64,000 nt of DNA, from positions 93,994,001 to 94,058,000 of the forward strand of contig NW_024704743.1 of NCBI RefSeq assembly GCF_018977255.1. The letters are read 5' to 3'. This DNA comes from Callorhinchus milii. Lineage: Eukaryota. This document shows positions 55,201 through 63,567 of the stretch, piece after piece (the first letter of the stretch is position 1; every line of letters starts with the position of its first letter). The position numbers were made by a program, and so were the translations under genes. The notes below the pieces were generated by a model. It did no database searches and had not been told where the DNA came from. It saw nothing but the letters and a program-made list of their open reading frames with translations.

Positions 55201-58200
55201 TGTACGATTATCAGGTGTCCTCCGTCCCCTGCTGGCAGTTCATCGGCTGGATCAATCAGATGATGGCCGAACTTGACAAAAAGGAAGCTGTTGTGGTACA
55301 GCACATCATAGAGGAGATTGCAGATTCCTACCCACAGGCTATTGTCTACCCACTTATGATCAGCAGTGAAAGCTATACCTTTGAACAGACCGCACGTGGC
55401 AACACAAACAAGGAGTTTGTGGAGAGGTGAAAGAGATGCTGTTAACTGGTCACTAGTTGATTAAGAATAATAATCCTTGGTATGGCACCTTATCATATCG
55501 TTGAGACATCTCAAAGCACTTCATAGAATATATTGTAAAGTGCATTAACTGTGTAAATAATAATAATCCTTGCTTTTGTATAGGTACTTATCACGTCAGA
55601 AGGCTGCATCCAAACACTCCGCAGGATTTATGTAAAAATACAAATGCAAGGATTGTAACGTTCAGTGATTGTATATTTGTAGGTGACCCATTTGCACACA
55701 GCAGTGTCCCACAAACAGCCATGAAGTGAATGACCAGTTTTGTTTGGGGGATTGTTGGCCAGGACACTAGGAGAAACTCCCCTTTTCGAGTAGTACCATG
55801 GGATCTTTAGCGTCCACCCGAACAGGCAGATGAAACCTTAGTTTAATATCTCATGTGAAGAACGGCACCTTTGACAATGCCACACATCCTCAGTGCTTCA
55901 CTGGAGTGTTTACCAGACTGTGTGAGTTGACAGTGACTTCTGACTCCAGAGGCAAGAGTACAACCAACCAAGCCTGAAGCTGAATTTTATCTTTTTCAAA
56001 CATTGTCTCCAGTTAGTATTTCTTTGGCTTCCTTCATTATCTTAGACTTAACAACCCTCCAAATCAGCTCCAATGTGTCCAAATCAAACTGCCTTTAAAC
56101 CCTCCTATTTGTACCAGCCCTAATTCATCAGTATTCCTTTGGAGATTAGTTGACCAGTAGAGACATTGACCACTGGAGAGTCCATTTAACTTTCTTGAAC
56201 TTGGGAGTTTATACTAAAGTTACTATATTGTGGTAGTCTTTCCTTACTTAATTACCATCTCATACCTTACAGATGTTTTCAACCTCTGTACAGTTTCCCA
56301 TTCTGCTCCACACACATGACCATTCAAAGTGCAAAAAGTACACACAGAGGAAAATAAAGGGGATGTTATTGCTCAAAATATCCTTAGTTGTACATCTGTT
56401 TTCATCTGTTCTTAGAAATCTTGCAATTATACACTCACTTATAATAATGATCCATGCATTTGATCATCACGTCAAAATATATCAAACTGCTTTACAGAGT
56501 TTATTGCAGTGAATTAGGTGCGAATATGTGGGTGAATAAATGTAGACTTTAGTCAGCCTGGTTAACTAATAATAATCTTTACATTTGGTGTAGCGCCTTT
56601 CACGTCGAGAGGATGTCCCAATGCGCTTCACAAGATATACTGTATTTTATGTAGAGTTTGATACATTTCAAAGTGATAAGGCATTTATTTCTGTTTTTCT
56701 CTAGATTGAAGAATAAACTGGATAAAGGTGGTATGGTTGAAGTTTTCATTAATTCCTTGGAACAACTGAGTAATCCAGACATGCTCTTTAAGGTAACATT
56801 CAGAATTCAGTTATATGTTATGCTTAATTAAATGCAAACAATGCAAGATATATAATGTAGAAACGGGCAATACATTATGCACTAGATTCACAGGCCACTT
56901 CAGTGCAATTAGAAATAAAAATAGGGATAAATGAATCACTTGGGGCCCCCAGAGAGGTCATTTGGGTACTGGTGGAGTCCAGCCAGCTTAACAGCATAGT
57001 TTGCCATTGAAAGTTTGTCCTGCTTGTTGGCCTCCCCAATTCCTCCCTCCCATCAGCTGCAGATCATCCAGAACTCTGCAGCCTATGTCCTCTCCCGCAC
57101 CAGACTCCGCGACCCAATCACCCCCATCTTCGCCCGACTCCATTGGCTTCCCATCACACAGAGGATACAGTTCAAGATCCTGGTGCTCACTTTTGAAGCC
57201 CTCCATGGCCTTGCTCCCCCCTACCTCTGTGACTTGCTAACCCCCTACCAACCTGCCCACTCCCTCACTCAGCAGGCTCCGGCTTGCTTCATGTCTCCCG
57301 CCTCGCCCACCCCACCATCAGTGGGCGGGCCTTCAGCCACTCTGCCCCCACCCTCTAAAACTCCATCCTGCAGTCCCTCCGCCTCACCCCCTCCCTTGCC
57401 TCCTTCAAGATCGGTCTCAAGACTCATCCTCTTCGACCGTGCCTTCGGACACACTCCGTCCCCCCCTGCCCTCCAGATCCGGACCCTCAGCTCGAAACAC
57501 TGATTGTCCAGCGCCTTGGGACATCCTCCCGATGTGAAAGGTGCTATACAAATGTAATTTTGTTGTTGGTGGAGTCCAGCCAGCTAAACAGCATAGTTTC
57601 CCATTGAAAGCACTGTCTGGCAAGTTTTTCGTTGTTTGTCCATTTAGGACGACTATGCGTTAGAGCTTTGGCTTGAGAATTAAACCTACCCCAGTGACTG
57701 GCCTGCCCCAATAAATCCTACCGAGGAGCCAGGCTGGCTGGTTTGTCATCAGCAGTGTCCTGGAATGCAGCGGACTTGCCTGATTCAGTAACTGGACTAC
57801 TGAGATCACCATAGAGGGTTGACTCGATTCTGACAATCCATTGCCAAGCATGTTACCTTGGAGATAGTTCAGCTCCAAGGAAACCTGTTTATTTCCCCTA
57901 CAAGGAGGAAAGTTAAAGCTCAAAATATCCTCAAAGTGAGGATAGTCGAAATAAACACAATGTCCTGACTTGAGACTCAGGAATACTAACCGAGTTAGGT
58001 TGACACCAGCGTGAACAAGAGGGTCCCAGTCAGTGCAGCACTAGATATACTACAATCAGCCTCAATCAATTAATAACATGTCTGATGTGTTTACTTTTTA
58101 AACAGGATTGGGTTGATAACTTCAGGTCCAAACTGGAAAAGAAAGAGAACAAAACTCAGCTGAAAAACCTTTACAGTGAGATGTATTCAAACTTAGCAAA

Positions 58201-61200
58201 TGCGGGCGCCCCAGGCATTGGTGCATTCAGAAGAAGATTTGTTACGGTTGGTAAAAGCGACTGTAGTAACATAGGTACTTGAAGTGAGACTCTTGAGTCA
58301 AAAGATTATGGGTTCAAGCCCCACTTTGAGACATTGAACTCACACAATCACGGCTGGCACTCCAGGGCAGTTTGGCGGGGTGGGGGAACTGTTAATATTG
58401 GAGGTACCATTCTTTGAATGAGACATTAAACCGAGGTCTCCGTTCTGCCTGTTCAAGTGGACATTAAAGATCCTGTGGCACTATTCACAAAGAGAAGGGA
58501 GTTTTTCTGGGTGTCCTGGCTAATAAAACCCTCCAAATAAAATTGATCAGTGCCTCCATGGCTGTTTGTGGGGCATTTCTGTGTGCAACTTGGTTGCTAT
58601 GGTTACCCACAAACACTCAGTCACTACACTTCCCAATAAAATCCTTTGAACAGCTTTGAGACATGATAAGGCGCTATATCAAATGTAAAGATGATTATTA
58701 GTTTTATTGTTTATGAATGTATAGACCGGGAGTCTGGATCTTTGTGTCATTTCTTTCTTTGGAAACATAATTCTTCATAATCATCCTTTTCAAACTTCAG
58801 GGTTTTAAAAAGAAGATTGACCAGCATTTTGGAAAAGATGGGTTACTTCTACTGAATATGAACCTAAAAGCATTTAATGTTGCTGTAGGACAAATAATGG
58901 AAACCCAGAAACCGGAGCCACCCGGAAACCTCAAAGAATATTCTCCTTGGATGAGTAATTTCAAGCCCCAGTTTCTAGGGAATGAATTGGAAATACCTGG
59001 CAAGTGACATCCTCTTTACTGTAATAACAACCGTGATGGGGGGAATGGTAGGGTGGATGTTCTGGAAGGATGAGATCACAAGGGCTGGAGGGCGTTTTTC
59101 ATCCAGACCAATCTTGTGAACGCTGCTTTTCTGTGATTTACTTTCAGAAGGGTTCACGCTCAGGGAGGTGGGGTGGTGGGCGGAAGGCTACCTATAGACA
59201 TCCCCACTTGGATTCCTTGTTATGGAATTATATTAGAAATTGCCATAAATTACACCAACCCCACCTCCCCCCTCCCCACTGTTTGAACTTTTTAAATTTT
59301 AGCTTTCAATTATGATTTCAAATGTTTGTAATGTATACCTATCCAGTCATTTTATAAACTTCCCCATTTTGCTGAAGTGGGGAGGAGTTGAATGTTGTAG
59401 GCAGTGTTGAAAAGTAACTCTAGAGTTTAACCGTTCACTTCAGTGAGGAGACCTCATCGTGTTTAGGACCGATACAATACAGTTTATATTTGTGCAACAC
59501 CTTTCACGTCAGGAGGTGTCTCACACTGCTGGCTACGCATTCAAGCTGGAGGGTGGAGTGTAGGTGGGAACTGAAGATGGTGGAGAGGGCAAAGATGACT
59601 GAAAGTACTGGCAGGAGGGATAGAGTGGGTAAAAGGTCTACAGCATATGTTTTTTTTTAATATATTGTAGGACAGTACGATGGTAAATGCAAACCTTTGC
59701 CGGAATACCACGCAAAGATCACAGGCTTCGATGAACGGGTATGAACATATTATAAATTCATAAATACCTGCAAGCAGATGTTGATAAATTTAGCACTTCC
59801 CTGTGGAAGATAGTCTGTATTGTTGGGATTATTCTTTTACTGTTGTGTTTTTTTATTACTTTGTTAATCATTTTCCAAAGCCGTGCCAGAATACAAAGAG
59901 AGCATACAACAACAGTCAGAAATATGTAGCGATAATTCAATAAAGATTACTAATTGTGTCTGGATCCAAAGCTAATGTGAAAGTATTTATCTGGGCAACA
60001 GATGTAAACATGTCTCTTTTGATGTGCATGAAATGTTTAGAATGAGTAATGTGGGAAAAACAGAATAATGGCATTTTCTGGGGTCAGGGTTGTGAAGTGT
60101 TGTACGGGGTATGGAGAAAGGGAGCACACATGCACGAGTAGTGTTCAGTGAAGTTTGGAGCCAGAGTGCACTATTAAACCTGTTCTGAAAACAATGATCA
60201 GATTGTGAGAAGAAATTCTTGCTGTGTGCTCGGAGGCCCTCTCCGGCTTCACTAATGCTTGTAGGCTATATTTGACAGGTGATATTCCCATGTCTAAGGT
60301 GCTAAAGTCTTGTCTTTTTATGCAGGTAAAAGTTATGAGTTCTATACGGAAGCCAAAGAGACTAATAATTCGCGGGAATGATGAGAAGGAATATCCTTTC
60401 CTCGTGAAGGGCGGGGAGGATTTGCGTCAGGATCAGCGGATAGAGCAGCTGTTTGAGGTCATGAATATCATCCTCTCTCGAGATGCAGCCTGCAGTCAAA
60501 GGAGTTTGCAGCTGAAGACATATCAAGTAATTCCTATGACGTCTAGGTACTGCTACAAACTTACACATTAAAGGCTGTGCAATGAAAACTGCCAGGTCAT
60601 CTTTATACTGGGCAGAGTTTCTGACTGTTCGATTATTGTCAAATAAAAGGTGTGAAATTTTTTTTTTTTTTGCTTTTAAGACTTGGGCTGATTGAATGGC
60701 TGGACAACACTTGCACACTGAAGGATTTTCTTTCCAGCAACATAACTGAGGAGACGCAATCAAGGTAATGTTTTATGTGGTTATTTCAGTGTACAAACTG
60801 GTTAAGAAAGCCCAGTGGGAACCAAGTCATTCCTCAGGATAAATGTTGCACTGAGTCTAAAGGGCTTTAACACAATGAAGGCTTGGTAGATCCCTGAACT
60901 GACCTGAGCATATTCTGATTCACTGACGTAAAAAAATATATAATAATAAATAATGTAAATTTTAGAAATAGCTTTTGGTAGTCTGGTTGGTATTTAACAG
61001 TTTAAGCCACCATTTACATTATTATTTAAACTTAATTTATTATTAATAATAATCCTTGCATTTGATATAGCACTTTAATCATGTCATCAAGAAGACTTCA
61101 TAGGAATGACTGTATAGTGTAGTGATTGTATTTTGTAGGTGGTCAAAGCAGCCAATTTGAACAGAACAATGTCCCACAAACAGCCATTTTATTTGGGGGA

Positions 61201-62882
61201 TTGTTGGCCAGGACACTAGGAGAAATTTTCCTTCTCTTCGAATAGTGCCATAGGAGCATTAACATCCACCTAAGCAGGAAGACAGGACCCTTGCTTAATG
61301 TCGCATCCGAAGGATGACACCTCCAGCAATGCAGCGCACCCCCAGCACTGCACGGGGGGAGCTCAGTCCTGACATGGGGCTTGAACCCACAACCTTCTGA
61401 CTCAGAAGATACAAACCTTCTGACCCAGAGGCGAGAGTGCGTACTATACCAGTCCAAAAATAATGCATAAAGTTCCTTTAAACACAACAGCAAAATAAAT
61501 AATAGTTATTGTATCTTTAAAAATGTTACGTTTGCTGGTGTTAAAATTACTAATATTGGAACAAAATGCATTCTGTAAAACCTGCTCCACTGCACAACTT
61601 CNTTTTTTTTTATTCCCTAATTGCAATAAGAAGACAACAGGAGGTGTTGCCAAAGTACAGAGAATGGTTACAGAAGATGGCAGGAAGGAAAGACATGTTT
61701 CTGCGATATCCAACTATGTACCTGTGAGTAAATTCAAAAGTTAAAGAGCAATATTTACACCGCAGTACGATACAACACAAAATTATGTATCGCGCCTTTC
61801 ACATCGAGAGAATGTCTCAAGGCACTGGACAGTCAGGGATTTGGATCCATGCAGACCTAATGCTGTGGACACTGCTGCCAGTCCATCATCTATCTCAGCA
61901 GATAACTGAGATTCCACTATCTATAAAGAAACTAACTACATAATAATAATAATAATCCTTTCATTTGATATAGCGCTTTTCACGTCAGGAGGACGTTCCA
62001 AAGCGCTTCACAGAACACACTGTAAAGTGAATTGACTGTATATTTGTGGGCGAACGCGGCAGCCAATTGCGCACAGCAATGTCCCACAAACAGTCGTAGA
62101 TTGAAAATGACCAATTTATTATTGTTTTGATTTTTGGAGGGATTATTATTAGGCTTTGTGTGGAGTAAGGAAACTTGCCCAAGGTTTCACCCTGACCTGC
62201 CTGGAATTGAACTCAGGTCTCTCACTTGCAAAGCGAGTGCTCTAACCACTGAGCTACAGGACTCCACTCCTGTTTCCAGGCTAAATTATTCTCCTTTTTC
62301 AAATTTCAATGATAAACATATTGTACAATCTTTTTAAATTAATATTTCCATGTGTGGCACCATTGAAATGTGCTGGTATGCCATGGGAATGGATTGCATC
62401 TGATTATGTCAAATAATCTGCTGCTGTTCCTAATCACTGTCCAGAGACAACCTGATGAATGGTGTGGTGAGTCTGTGGATGTTGGGTGAGGTGTTTAAAT
62501 AACCCGCCAACACGCAACTTTCAAAGTGTGAAATGTATAAATCTAAATGTTAATGTAATGTTACTTGTAAAGTAAACTTAACAGTTTATTAGTGCATAAT
62601 GTTATATACCTTAGCAATTGACTATTCTAGCAAGGTGTTGAGTCCACTGCCTGGAGTGCAAGGAATAGTGTTTTTCTCATTGTGAGAAGAAATGAGATTG
62701 ATCCCCTTGTAATGCTGTACGTTGTGTTTTGCATGAGGACTTGCTATCCACACAACAGGGCAGAGATCAGAGTAAGGATTATTGATGTTATAACTTTACT
62801 TTGACCACAGAAAAGCCAGTCGGACTGAAACAGTCACAGCTTTCAGAACTCATGAACAAGCTATACCAGGTGATCTGCTCAG
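275..62882 (+). CDS. PRKDC: DNA-dependent protein kinase catalytic subunit (DNA-PKcs); partial multi-exon gene, 54 exons in window, 5' and 3' ends outside
   Basis: Exon translations are colinear with human DNA-PKcs, e.g. [77 protein letters not shown]. Boundaries are AG/GT with continuous phase, except one anomaly at 36078 and one GC donor at 59000. Confidence 0.98.
590..765 (+). repeat. GA-rich low-complexity tract
   Basis: Degenerate (GA/GAAA)n. Confidence 0.6.
1102..1235 (+). CDS. PRKDC: PRKDC exon 2
   Basis: [32 protein letters not shown]...VPLLP; cag|...|gt. Confidence 0.93.
1650..1904 (+). CDS. PRKDC: PRKDC exon 3
   Basis: [14 protein letters not shown]...[16 protein letters not shown]; tag|...|gtgaat. 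Confidence 0.93.
2740..2966 (+). CDS. PRKDC: PRKDC exon 4
   Basis: [16 protein letters not shown]...[22 protein letters not shown]...WK. Confidence 0.93.
3038..5420 (-). mobile_element. L2-clade LINE, 5'-truncated, with frameshifted ORF2 (APE endonuclease + RT), an internal deletion, 3' stem-loop and (TTG)n tail
   Basis: Minus-strand ORFs contain [24 protein letters not shown] (endonuclease); [29 protein letters not shown] (RT); [15 protein letters not shown]...LHWLP; tail ggacgtcctcccgacatgaaaggcgct...ttgttgttg. Confidence 0.93.
5520..6032 (+). mobile_element. L2 LINE 3' fragment (opposite orientation to the 3038-5420 copy)
   Basis: ctcatccatgcgttcattacatccaggctcgactatg...; same 3' stem-loop tail. 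Confidence 0.88.
6329..6537 (+). CDS. PRKDC: PRKDC exon 5
   Basis: [12 protein letters not shown]...[18 protein letters not shown]; cag|...|gtaaga. Confidence 0.93.
7724..7856 (+). CDS. PRKDC: PRKDC exon 6
   Basis: [11 protein letters not shown]...[12 protein letters not shown]. Confidence 0.92.
8795..8953 (+). CDS. PRKDC: PRKDC exon 7
   Basis: [37 protein letters not shown]. Confidence 0.92.
9298..10030 (-). mobile_element. Cluster of nested L2 3'-end fragments
   Basis: Repeated (CAA)n tails followed by purine-rich L2 3' region, similar to 3038-3500. Confidence 0.75.
10226..10429 (+). CDS. PRKDC: PRKDC exon 8
   Basis: [11 protein letters not shown]...[21 protein letters not shown]. Confidence 0.93.
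10763..10948 (+). CDS. PRKDC: PRKDC exon 9
   Basis: [14 protein letters not shown]...[15 protein letters not shown]. Confidence 0.93.
11464..11568 (+). CDS. PRKDC: PRKDC exon 10
   Basis: [21 protein letters not shown]...LALNLK. Confidence 0.92.
12005..12260 (+). mobile_element. CR1-like 3' fragment (related copies at ~40830-41040 +, ~54795-55015 -, ~59030-59120 +)
   Basis: Shared gatgctg..atggg...gagatcc..atgagcc..gggcc...atc..accaatcttgtga terminus. Confidence 0.6.
12284..12451 (+). CDS. PRKDC: PRKDC exon 11
   Basis: [10 protein letters not shown]...[25 protein letters not shown]; |gtaagt. Confidence 0.93.
13583..13710 (+). CDS. PRKDC: PRKDC exon 12
   Basis: [17 protein letters not shown]...HVMEE. 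Confidence 0.92.
13832..14188 (-). mobile_element. tRNA-derived SINE, long variant
   Basis: tRNA-like head, gggcaagtttccttactccac, ~65-nt extra segment, Deu-like block, (TTA)n tail. Confidence 0.85.
14320..14527 (+). CDS. PRKDC: PRKDC exon 13
   Basis: [14 protein letters not shown]...[16 protein letters not shown]...SRFTK. Confidence 0.93.
14833..15014 (+). CDS. PRKDC: PRKDC exon 14
   Basis: [32 protein letters not shown]. Confidence 0.92.
15731..16043 (-). mobile_element. tRNA(Ala-TGC)-derived SINE, short variant, inserted into the tail of an older Deu-SINE (~15375-16100, +)
   Basis: A/B boxes tagctcagtgg / ggttcaattcc; the older SINE tail resumes at 16047. Confidence 0.88.
16200..16368 (+). 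CDS. PRKDC: PRKDC exon 15 (GAG acceptor)
   Basis: [30 protein letters not shown]...[10 protein letters not shown]. Confidence 0.9.
16650..17830 (+). mobile_element. L2 LINE fragment containing the RT core (YADD), degraded
   Basis: [32 protein letters not shown]; downstream L2 C-terminus and ggacatcctcccgacgtgaaaggcg...ttgttg tail. Confidence 0.92.
17840..18508 (+). mobile_element. CR1-clade LINE 3' fragment
   Basis: [46 protein letters not shown]; (TTCTTATG)-like tail. Confidence 0.9.
19267..19332 (+). CDS. PRKDC: PRKDC exon 16
   Basis: [22 protein letters not shown]. Confidence 0.92.
19861..19933 (+). CDS. PRKDC: PRKDC exon 17
   Basis: [24 protein letters not shown]. Confidence 0.92.
20120..20404 (-). 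mobile_element. tRNA-derived SINE, short variant with L2-type loop
   Basis: Full head-to-tail copy; tail gggacgtcctccc..gtgaaaagc. Confidence 0.88.
21444..21592 (+). CDS. PRKDC: PRKDC exon 18 (PQR / S2056 autophosphorylation cluster)
   Basis: [40 protein letters not shown]. Confidence 0.95.
22854..22994 (+). CDS. PRKDC: PRKDC exon 19
   Basis: [26 protein letters not shown]. Confidence 0.92.
23682..23801 (+). CDS. PRKDC: PRKDC exon 20
   Basis: [34 protein letters not shown]. Confidence 0.93.
25317..25460 (+). CDS. PRKDC: PRKDC exon 21
   Basis: [35 protein letters not shown]. Confidence 0.93.
25882..26099 (+). repeat. ~108-bp tandem duplication split by a single N (probable assembly overlap)
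   Basis: The copies either side of n at 25990 differ only around an A-run. Confidence 0.8.
26309..26460 (+). CDS. PRKDC: PRKDC exon 22
   Basis: [15 protein letters not shown]...[24 protein letters not shown]. Confidence 0.93.
26971..27102 (+). CDS. PRKDC: PRKDC exon 23
   Basis: [31 protein letters not shown]. Confidence 0.93.
28402..28513 (+). CDS. PRKDC: PRKDC exon 24
   Basis: [29 protein letters not shown]. Confidence 0.93.
28585..28925 (-). mobile_element. tRNA-derived SINE, long variant
   Basis: Same layout as the 13832 copy. Confidence 0.85.
29445..29569 (+). CDS. PRKDC: PRKDC exon 25
   Basis: [32 protein letters not shown]. Confidence 0.92.
29908..30220 (+). mobile_element. tRNA-derived SINE, short variant
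   Basis: gtggactcctgtagctcagtggttagagcactcgcc...gcgctatatcaaatgtaaggattattattat. Confidence 0.9.
30356..30505 (+). CDS. PRKDC: PRKDC exon 26 (TAGAAG tandem acceptor; alternative start 30353)
   Basis: [24 protein letters not shown]...[11 protein letters not shown]. Confidence 0.9.
31343..31516 (+). CDS. PRKDC: PRKDC exon 27
   Basis: [14 protein letters not shown]...[17 protein letters not shown]. Confidence 0.93.
31701..32013 (-). mobile_element. tRNA-derived SINE, short variant
   Basis: Full-length copy, closely similar to the reverse complement of the 29908 copy. Confidence 0.9.
32358..32456 (+). CDS. PRKDC: PRKDC exon 28
   Basis: [14 protein letters not shown]...[13 protein letters not shown]. 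Confidence 0.92.
32589..32799 (+). CDS. PRKDC: PRKDC exon 29
   Basis: [14 protein letters not shown]...[26 protein letters not shown]. Confidence 0.93.
33163..33605 (+). mobile_element. Older Deu-domain SINE (SacSINE1/AmnSINE1-like); other copies at ~15375, 21025, 34243, 46022, 58290 (+) and ~13000, 39560, 53800, 55560, 61045 (-)
   Basis: tcagcctggctcagttagtagcact...cagaaggttgtgggttcaagc...ggatgagacgttaa.ccgag...tgtggga..ttgc.gtgca.aaattggctg; resembles my recollection of the Deu-SINE consensus. Confidence 0.75.
33800..33989 (+). CDS. PRKDC: PRKDC exon 30 (ABCDE / T2609 cluster)
   Basis: [38 protein letters not shown]...[13 protein letters not shown]. Confidence 0.95.
34744..34959 (+). CDS. 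PRKDC: PRKDC exon 31 (contains DEVD caspase site)
   Basis: [10 protein letters not shown]...[22 protein letters not shown]. Confidence 0.93.
35146..35261 (+). CDS. PRKDC: PRKDC exon 32
   Basis: [34 protein letters not shown]; |gtaagc. Confidence 0.92.
36078..36209 (+). CDS. PRKDC: PRKDC exon 33 (acceptor anomalous by 1 nt)
   Basis: [44 protein letters not shown]; the in-frame first base is also the G of the AG. Confidence 0.85.
36952..37128 (+). CDS. PRKDC: PRKDC exon 34
   Basis: [18 protein letters not shown]...FPPFVACIQ. Confidence 0.93.
37168..37487 (+). mobile_element. tRNA-derived SINE, short variant with L2-type loop
   Basis: gtggagtcctgtagctcagtggttagagcactcgctttgcaagcgag...gggacatcctcccgacgtgaaaagcgc. 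Confidence 0.9.
38005..38945 (-). mobile_element. Old L2 fragment interrupted by a young SINE (38468-38782)
   Basis: ORF remnant [12 protein letters not shown] tail at 38008; L2 sequence resumes after the SINE. Confidence 0.75.
38468..38782 (-). mobile_element. tRNA-derived SINE, short variant
   Basis: Full-length copy nested in L2. Confidence 0.88.
39158..39372 (+). CDS. PRKDC: PRKDC exon 35
   Basis: DMSCQH...[15 protein letters not shown]...RWIELA. Confidence 0.93.
40203..40341 (+). CDS. PRKDC: PRKDC exon 36
   Basis: [15 protein letters not shown]...[13 protein letters not shown]. Confidence 0.93.
41184..41372 (+). CDS. PRKDC: PRKDC exon 37
   Basis: [26 protein letters not shown]...IWSDTFYQ. 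Confidence 0.93.
41964..42290 (-). mobile_element. CR1 LINE 3' fragment
   Basis: [28 protein letters not shown]; tail ggctgaatggcctactcctgtttctatgtttcta. Confidence 0.85.
43895..44198 (+). mobile_element. tRNA-derived SINE, short variant, anticodon arm partly deleted
   Basis: ttagagcaagcgagac lacks the ctcgccttgc segment. Confidence 0.88.
44894..45118 (+). CDS. PRKDC: PRKDC exon 38
   Basis: [15 protein letters not shown]...[21 protein letters not shown]. Confidence 0.94.
45430..45802 (+). mobile_element. tRNA-derived SINE, long variant
   Basis: Contains cacgcctctgtttgcctagcagtaagtaggaacccagttgttagttgattggc. Confidence 0.87.
46091..46315 (+). mobile_element. Short 5'-truncated L2 insertion with 7-bp TSD (tggactt) inside an older Deu-SINE
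   Basis: Nearly the same 3' end as the 3038 LINE (ggaatcttgttgttg); tggactt at 46084-46090 and 46316-46322. Confidence 0.85.
47441..47549 (+). CDS. PRKDC: PRKDC exon 39
   Basis: [30 protein letters not shown]. Confidence 0.93.
47985..48652 (+). mobile_element. CR1 3' fragment split by inserted SINE pieces (~48165-48545)
   Basis: [41 protein letters not shown]; tail gggctgaatggcctactcctttctatgttcct resumes at ~48577. Confidence 0.75.
48947..49058 (+). CDS. PRKDC: PRKDC exon 40
   Basis: [31 protein letters not shown]. Confidence 0.93.
49841..50030 (+). CDS. PRKDC: PRKDC exon 41
   Basis: [11 protein letters not shown]...DESMEVD...[12 protein letters not shown]. Confidence 0.93.
50597..50771 (+). 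CDS. PRKDC: PRKDC exon 42
   Basis: [23 protein letters not shown]...RLSHRRS. Confidence 0.93.
52693..52883 (+). CDS. PRKDC: PRKDC exon 43
   Basis: [25 protein letters not shown]. Confidence 0.92.
53298..53478 (+). CDS. PRKDC: PRKDC exon 44
   Basis: AVRKAEEE...[19 protein letters not shown]. Confidence 0.92.
54290..54450 (+). CDS. PRKDC: PRKDC exon 45
   Basis: [26 protein letters not shown]. Confidence 0.93.
55215..55426 (+). CDS. PRKDC: PRKDC exon 46
   Basis: [18 protein letters not shown]...[16 protein letters not shown]. Confidence 0.94.
56705..56792 (+). CDS. PRKDC: PRKDC exon 47
   Basis: [29 protein letters not shown]. Confidence 0.92.
57014..57567 (+). mobile_element. L2 3' fragment flanked by a 43-bp direct repeat
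   Basis: [47 protein letters not shown]2 tail; repeats at 56971-57013 and 57568-57610. Confidence 0.9.
58106..58246 (+). CDS. PRKDC: PRKDC exon 48
   Basis: [12 protein letters not shown]...[12 protein letters not shown]. Confidence 0.9.
58801..58999 (+). CDS. PRKDC: PRKDC exon 49 (GC donor)
   Basis: HFGKDG...[16 protein letters not shown]...NELEIP; G|gcaagt. Confidence 0.9.
59671..59738 (+). CDS. PRKDC: PRKDC exon 50
   Basis: [23 protein letters not shown]. Confidence 0.94.
60326..60546 (+). CDS. PRKDC: PRKDC exon 51 (kinase N-lobe, ATP-binding Lys)
   Basis: [41 protein letters not shown]. Confidence 0.96.
60681..60764 (+). CDS. PRKDC: PRKDC exon 52 (kinase hinge)
   Basis: [17 protein letters not shown]. 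Confidence 0.93.
61631..61723 (+). CDS. PRKDC: PRKDC exon 53 (AAGAAG acceptor; start could be 61634)
   Basis: [16 protein letters not shown]...YPTMY resembles human EYKDWLTKMSGK...YMLMY; |gtgagt; phase fits both neighbours. Confidence 0.8.
61943..62267 (-). mobile_element. tRNA-derived SINE, short variant with L2-type loop
   Basis: Shares diagnostic bases with the 20120 and 37168 copies. Confidence 0.9.
62811..62882 (+). CDS. PRKDC: PRKDC exon 54
   Basis: [24 protein letters not shown]; |gtaagt. Confidence 0.92.
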
Positions 62883-63567
62883 GTAAGTAACGGCATCATC
62901 AGTATCTAAATTTCTCTGTATATACACTCTGCTTCTGATGAGATCTTGGGGTGGAGCAGAGTTTCCCTGAATGGCATGGGTGCATGTCAGGAAATGCAGT
63001 ATCATGCTGAGACACTATTTTTGCCGTCTTTTTTCCCCCCGACGAGTGTTTATTTTAAACTTCCTTTCTCTGCAGAACAAGAAAGTNAAAAAGTGTAGCA
63101 AAATATTTAATGAGTCAGAGGCACAATATTCTTCTCTTGTATTTTTTATGTTATTGCAGTAGTTCTCCAGTTTACATCTTTCAGCTTTACGACTGCAATG
63201 CAATGGGAGCTGCAATTTGGCTTAATTAGGAGCTGGAGGAACTCGGCCCCAGAAGCCTATTGCATTCAAGAGGAGTTCCCCCTCCATGTGCTTTCACTTA
63301 CTGGAAAGAATCCCAATTCACATATTATTATTATTATTTTAGTTTCATATTAAGAAATTCCACTAGAAATTGCCCCATTCTCAATTAAACAATAATGAGA
63401 TTTTGCTTCAAAGTGTTCATCTTTGTGTGTTACAGATGTAGAGGGTTATTTTTGTAAAAAAAAGTCTTAAAGAAGAAGCAATGATTTCACACTGTGAGAC
63501 ACTGCTGTGCGCAATTGACTGCTGCGTTTCGCCCACAACATATGCAGTCAATTCACTTTTCAGTGTA

